The translations under genes and the position numbers were made by a program. A stretch of DNA of 64,000 nucleotides from contig CAMLUO010000004.1 of assembly GCA_946487895.1 (NCBI GenBank), positions 9,990 to 73,989 on the forward strand, given 5' to 3'. The notes beneath the pieces were generated by a model. The model was given only the letters and a program-made list of their open reading frames with translations. It searched no databases and was not told where the DNA came from. Of the stretch, positions 62,655 through 64,000 are shown one piece after another (position 1 is the stretch's first letter; each line of letters starts with the position of its first letter). The stretch comes from an uncultured Clostridium sp. (GTDB lineage: Bacteria; Bacillota; Clostridia; TANB77; CAG-508).

Positions 62655-64000
62655 ATGGAAGAAAATAGAACAGAAGATATAATTAAAAATTATGAGAAAA
62701 CAGAGAAAAATTATACTAAAACAGTTAAAAATACTAAATACTTAAATAAATTGAATGAGATTAATGACAATAAAATGGAGCAAAATAGACTAAAAATGCA
62801 TATTGAGAAATTAGAACGTGAAGAGGAGACAGTTAGTGATTTTCAAGTAAAAGACGAATATCAAAGGCAAATTAAAGAAAGCAAAAAAGAATTAGAAACT
62901 AAAGTTGCAGAAATGGAAAAATTGAATAATGAAAAAGAAGAAATGTTAGTAGCAAAAAGAAAGAATGAAAAACAAGTAAGAGAGAAGATTGTTAGTGAAC
63001 TAAATGAGTTTCAAGATAAGGTACGAAAAGACTTAATGGCAGAAAAGAAATCATTAGAAACCCAAGTTGCAAAGAAAAAACTAGAAATTGAAGTTAAAAA
63101 TTTTGAATTGTCTCAATTTACTTATAAGTATGACGAAAATGGTGTTCCAATAAATGGACAAGATTTTAGACAACTTCAAGATGATAGAGCAAAATTGAGC
63201 GAGGAGATCACAAAACTAGAAAGTTCTATTAATAAATGTGAAGAATATAGAAAAAAATTAATTAATCCGGTAAAAACTTTACCAGAATTACCAGATGATA
63301 GAGTTTATATAGGAATTGAAAAAGATAAAGATATTAATAAAGAACAACCACAGAAGGAAGAAAAAGAAGAAGCAGAAGAAACACCAAAAATAGATTTTGA
63401 ATTAAAAAGAAATCAACATAGTGGAAAAAATGTTTTTGAAACAAGTGATATAATCGATAATGTTAAAAAAGAGATAGAAAATGAAAGTAAAGATTATTCT
63501 AAAATACATTTAGAACCAAATCAAATAATACAAGATAATCCAATTAATGAAGCGACAAGAAAAAATGAAAAAAATGTTTTTGAAGCAAATAACATTATTA
63601 ATAGTGTGAAAAAAGATATGGGATTAGAAACAGAAAATAAGGTTAAACCGAACTTTAAAATAACAAAAGAGAAAAGTAATGTTGAAGGTGTGGGGCAAAC
63701 GATTACACAAACTGGTAAAAAACAAGATAAAGGAGATAAATCAAGTAATAAAATAACATACATAGGTATTTATGAAGGCGATGGAAAGATATATTATGAA
63801 AATGAAAACGGGGACAAAGATAGCATTTCTATTGCAGAAGTTTTGGAAAACAAAAAATCACAATTTAGAAGATTAGATATAAAGAATATCTGTAAAGAGA
63901 TTGCAGGAGGAAGATTAGGAACATTACGATTAAGAAGAAAAGTAAATCCAGAGATTGTAAGTGTATTGCAACATGATCCAGAACAATTAAGAGATTATAT
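62655..64000 (+). CDS. Hypothetical K/E-rich coiled-coil protein, 3' end beyond window (absent from the ORF track)
   Basis: I read the frame from ATG 62655 (SD gaaagggg) to the window end without a stop: MEENRTEDIIKNYEKTEKNYTKTVKNTKYLNKLNE...VLQHDPEQLRDY. Contains an internal repeat, GKNVFETSDIIDNVKKEIENE / EKNVFEANNIINSVKKDMGLE. Confidence 0.7.
   Translation, partial: MEENRTEDIIKNYEKTEKNYTKTVKNTKYLNKLNEINDNKMEQNRLKMHIEKLEREEETVSDFQVKDEYQRQIKESKKELETKVAEMEKLNNEKEEMLVAKRKNEKQVREKIVSELNEFQDKVRKDLMAEKKSLETQVAKKKLEIEVKNFELSQFTYKYDENGVPINGQDFRQLQDDRAKLSEEITKLESSINKCEEYRKKLINPVKTLPELPDDRVYIGIEKDKDINKEQPQKEEKEEAEETPKIDFELKRNQHSGKNVFETSDIIDNVKKEIENESKDYSKIHLEPNQIIQDNPINEATRKNEKNVFEANNIINSVKKDMGLETENKVKPNFKITKEKSNVEGVGQTITQTGKKQDKGDKSSNKITYIGIYEGDGKIYYENENGDKDSISIAEVLENKKSQFRRLDIKNICKEIAGGRLGTLRLRRKVNPEIVSVLQHDPEQLRDY

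Overview
AT-rich (about 30% GC by eye, not computed) chromosomal segment of a spore-forming Firmicute, Clostridia-like. I call 35 protein genes, all but four on the + strand. I saw no rRNA, tRNA, CRISPR array, transposase or integrase.

Backbone genes:
- Left edge: a 5'-truncated class B PBP and minC.
- Right half: spoIIE, an AAA_14/DUF4143-type ATPase, a WG-repeat protein, acpS, tatD, htpX-lemA (minus strand), a YabE-like DUF348/G5/3D protein, a Fic protein, xth, an AI-2E permease, tilS, ftsH, a J-domain protein, rpsU, an M16 peptidase pair, a Spo0E-like phosphatase, a SWIM/SNF2 helicase and trmFO.
- rpsU and the Spo0E-like gene are below the ORF-track size cutoff. I found them by reading the sequence.

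Main candidate system (4067-35723, half the window):
- Three tandem, anciently diverged copies of a two-gene cassette, with a seventh multidomain surface protein (988 aa) inserted between cassettes 1 and 2.
- Each cassette pairs an A protein (1450-1610 aa: DUF11-like repeats plus an SdrD-B-like domain) with a translationally coupled B protein (1345-1786 aa: a Cys/Gln-bearing N-terminal domain, SpaA-type and SdrD-B-like domains).
- All six giant proteins end in cell-wall-sorting-like signals with class-specific, mostly non-canonical pentapeptides (A: SI[RG]TG; B: TPATG/TGPTG/LPPTG).
- No sortase or any other accessory gene lies in the window.

Non-coding structure not explained by the genes:
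- A family of GGGAC-containing paired repeats sits exactly at the 3' ends of five genes. It sometimes supplies the stop codon or C-terminal codons, and one solo unit lies inside trmFO.
- Two homologous ~180-nt nested palindromes share a conserved core and have compensatory arm changes. A third, unrelated 169-nt palindrome lies elsewhere.
- An A-rich intergenic module recurs, including a 25/26-nt match between two loci 46 kb apart.

All domain calls rest on motif recognition by eye and need HMM or structure confirmation.
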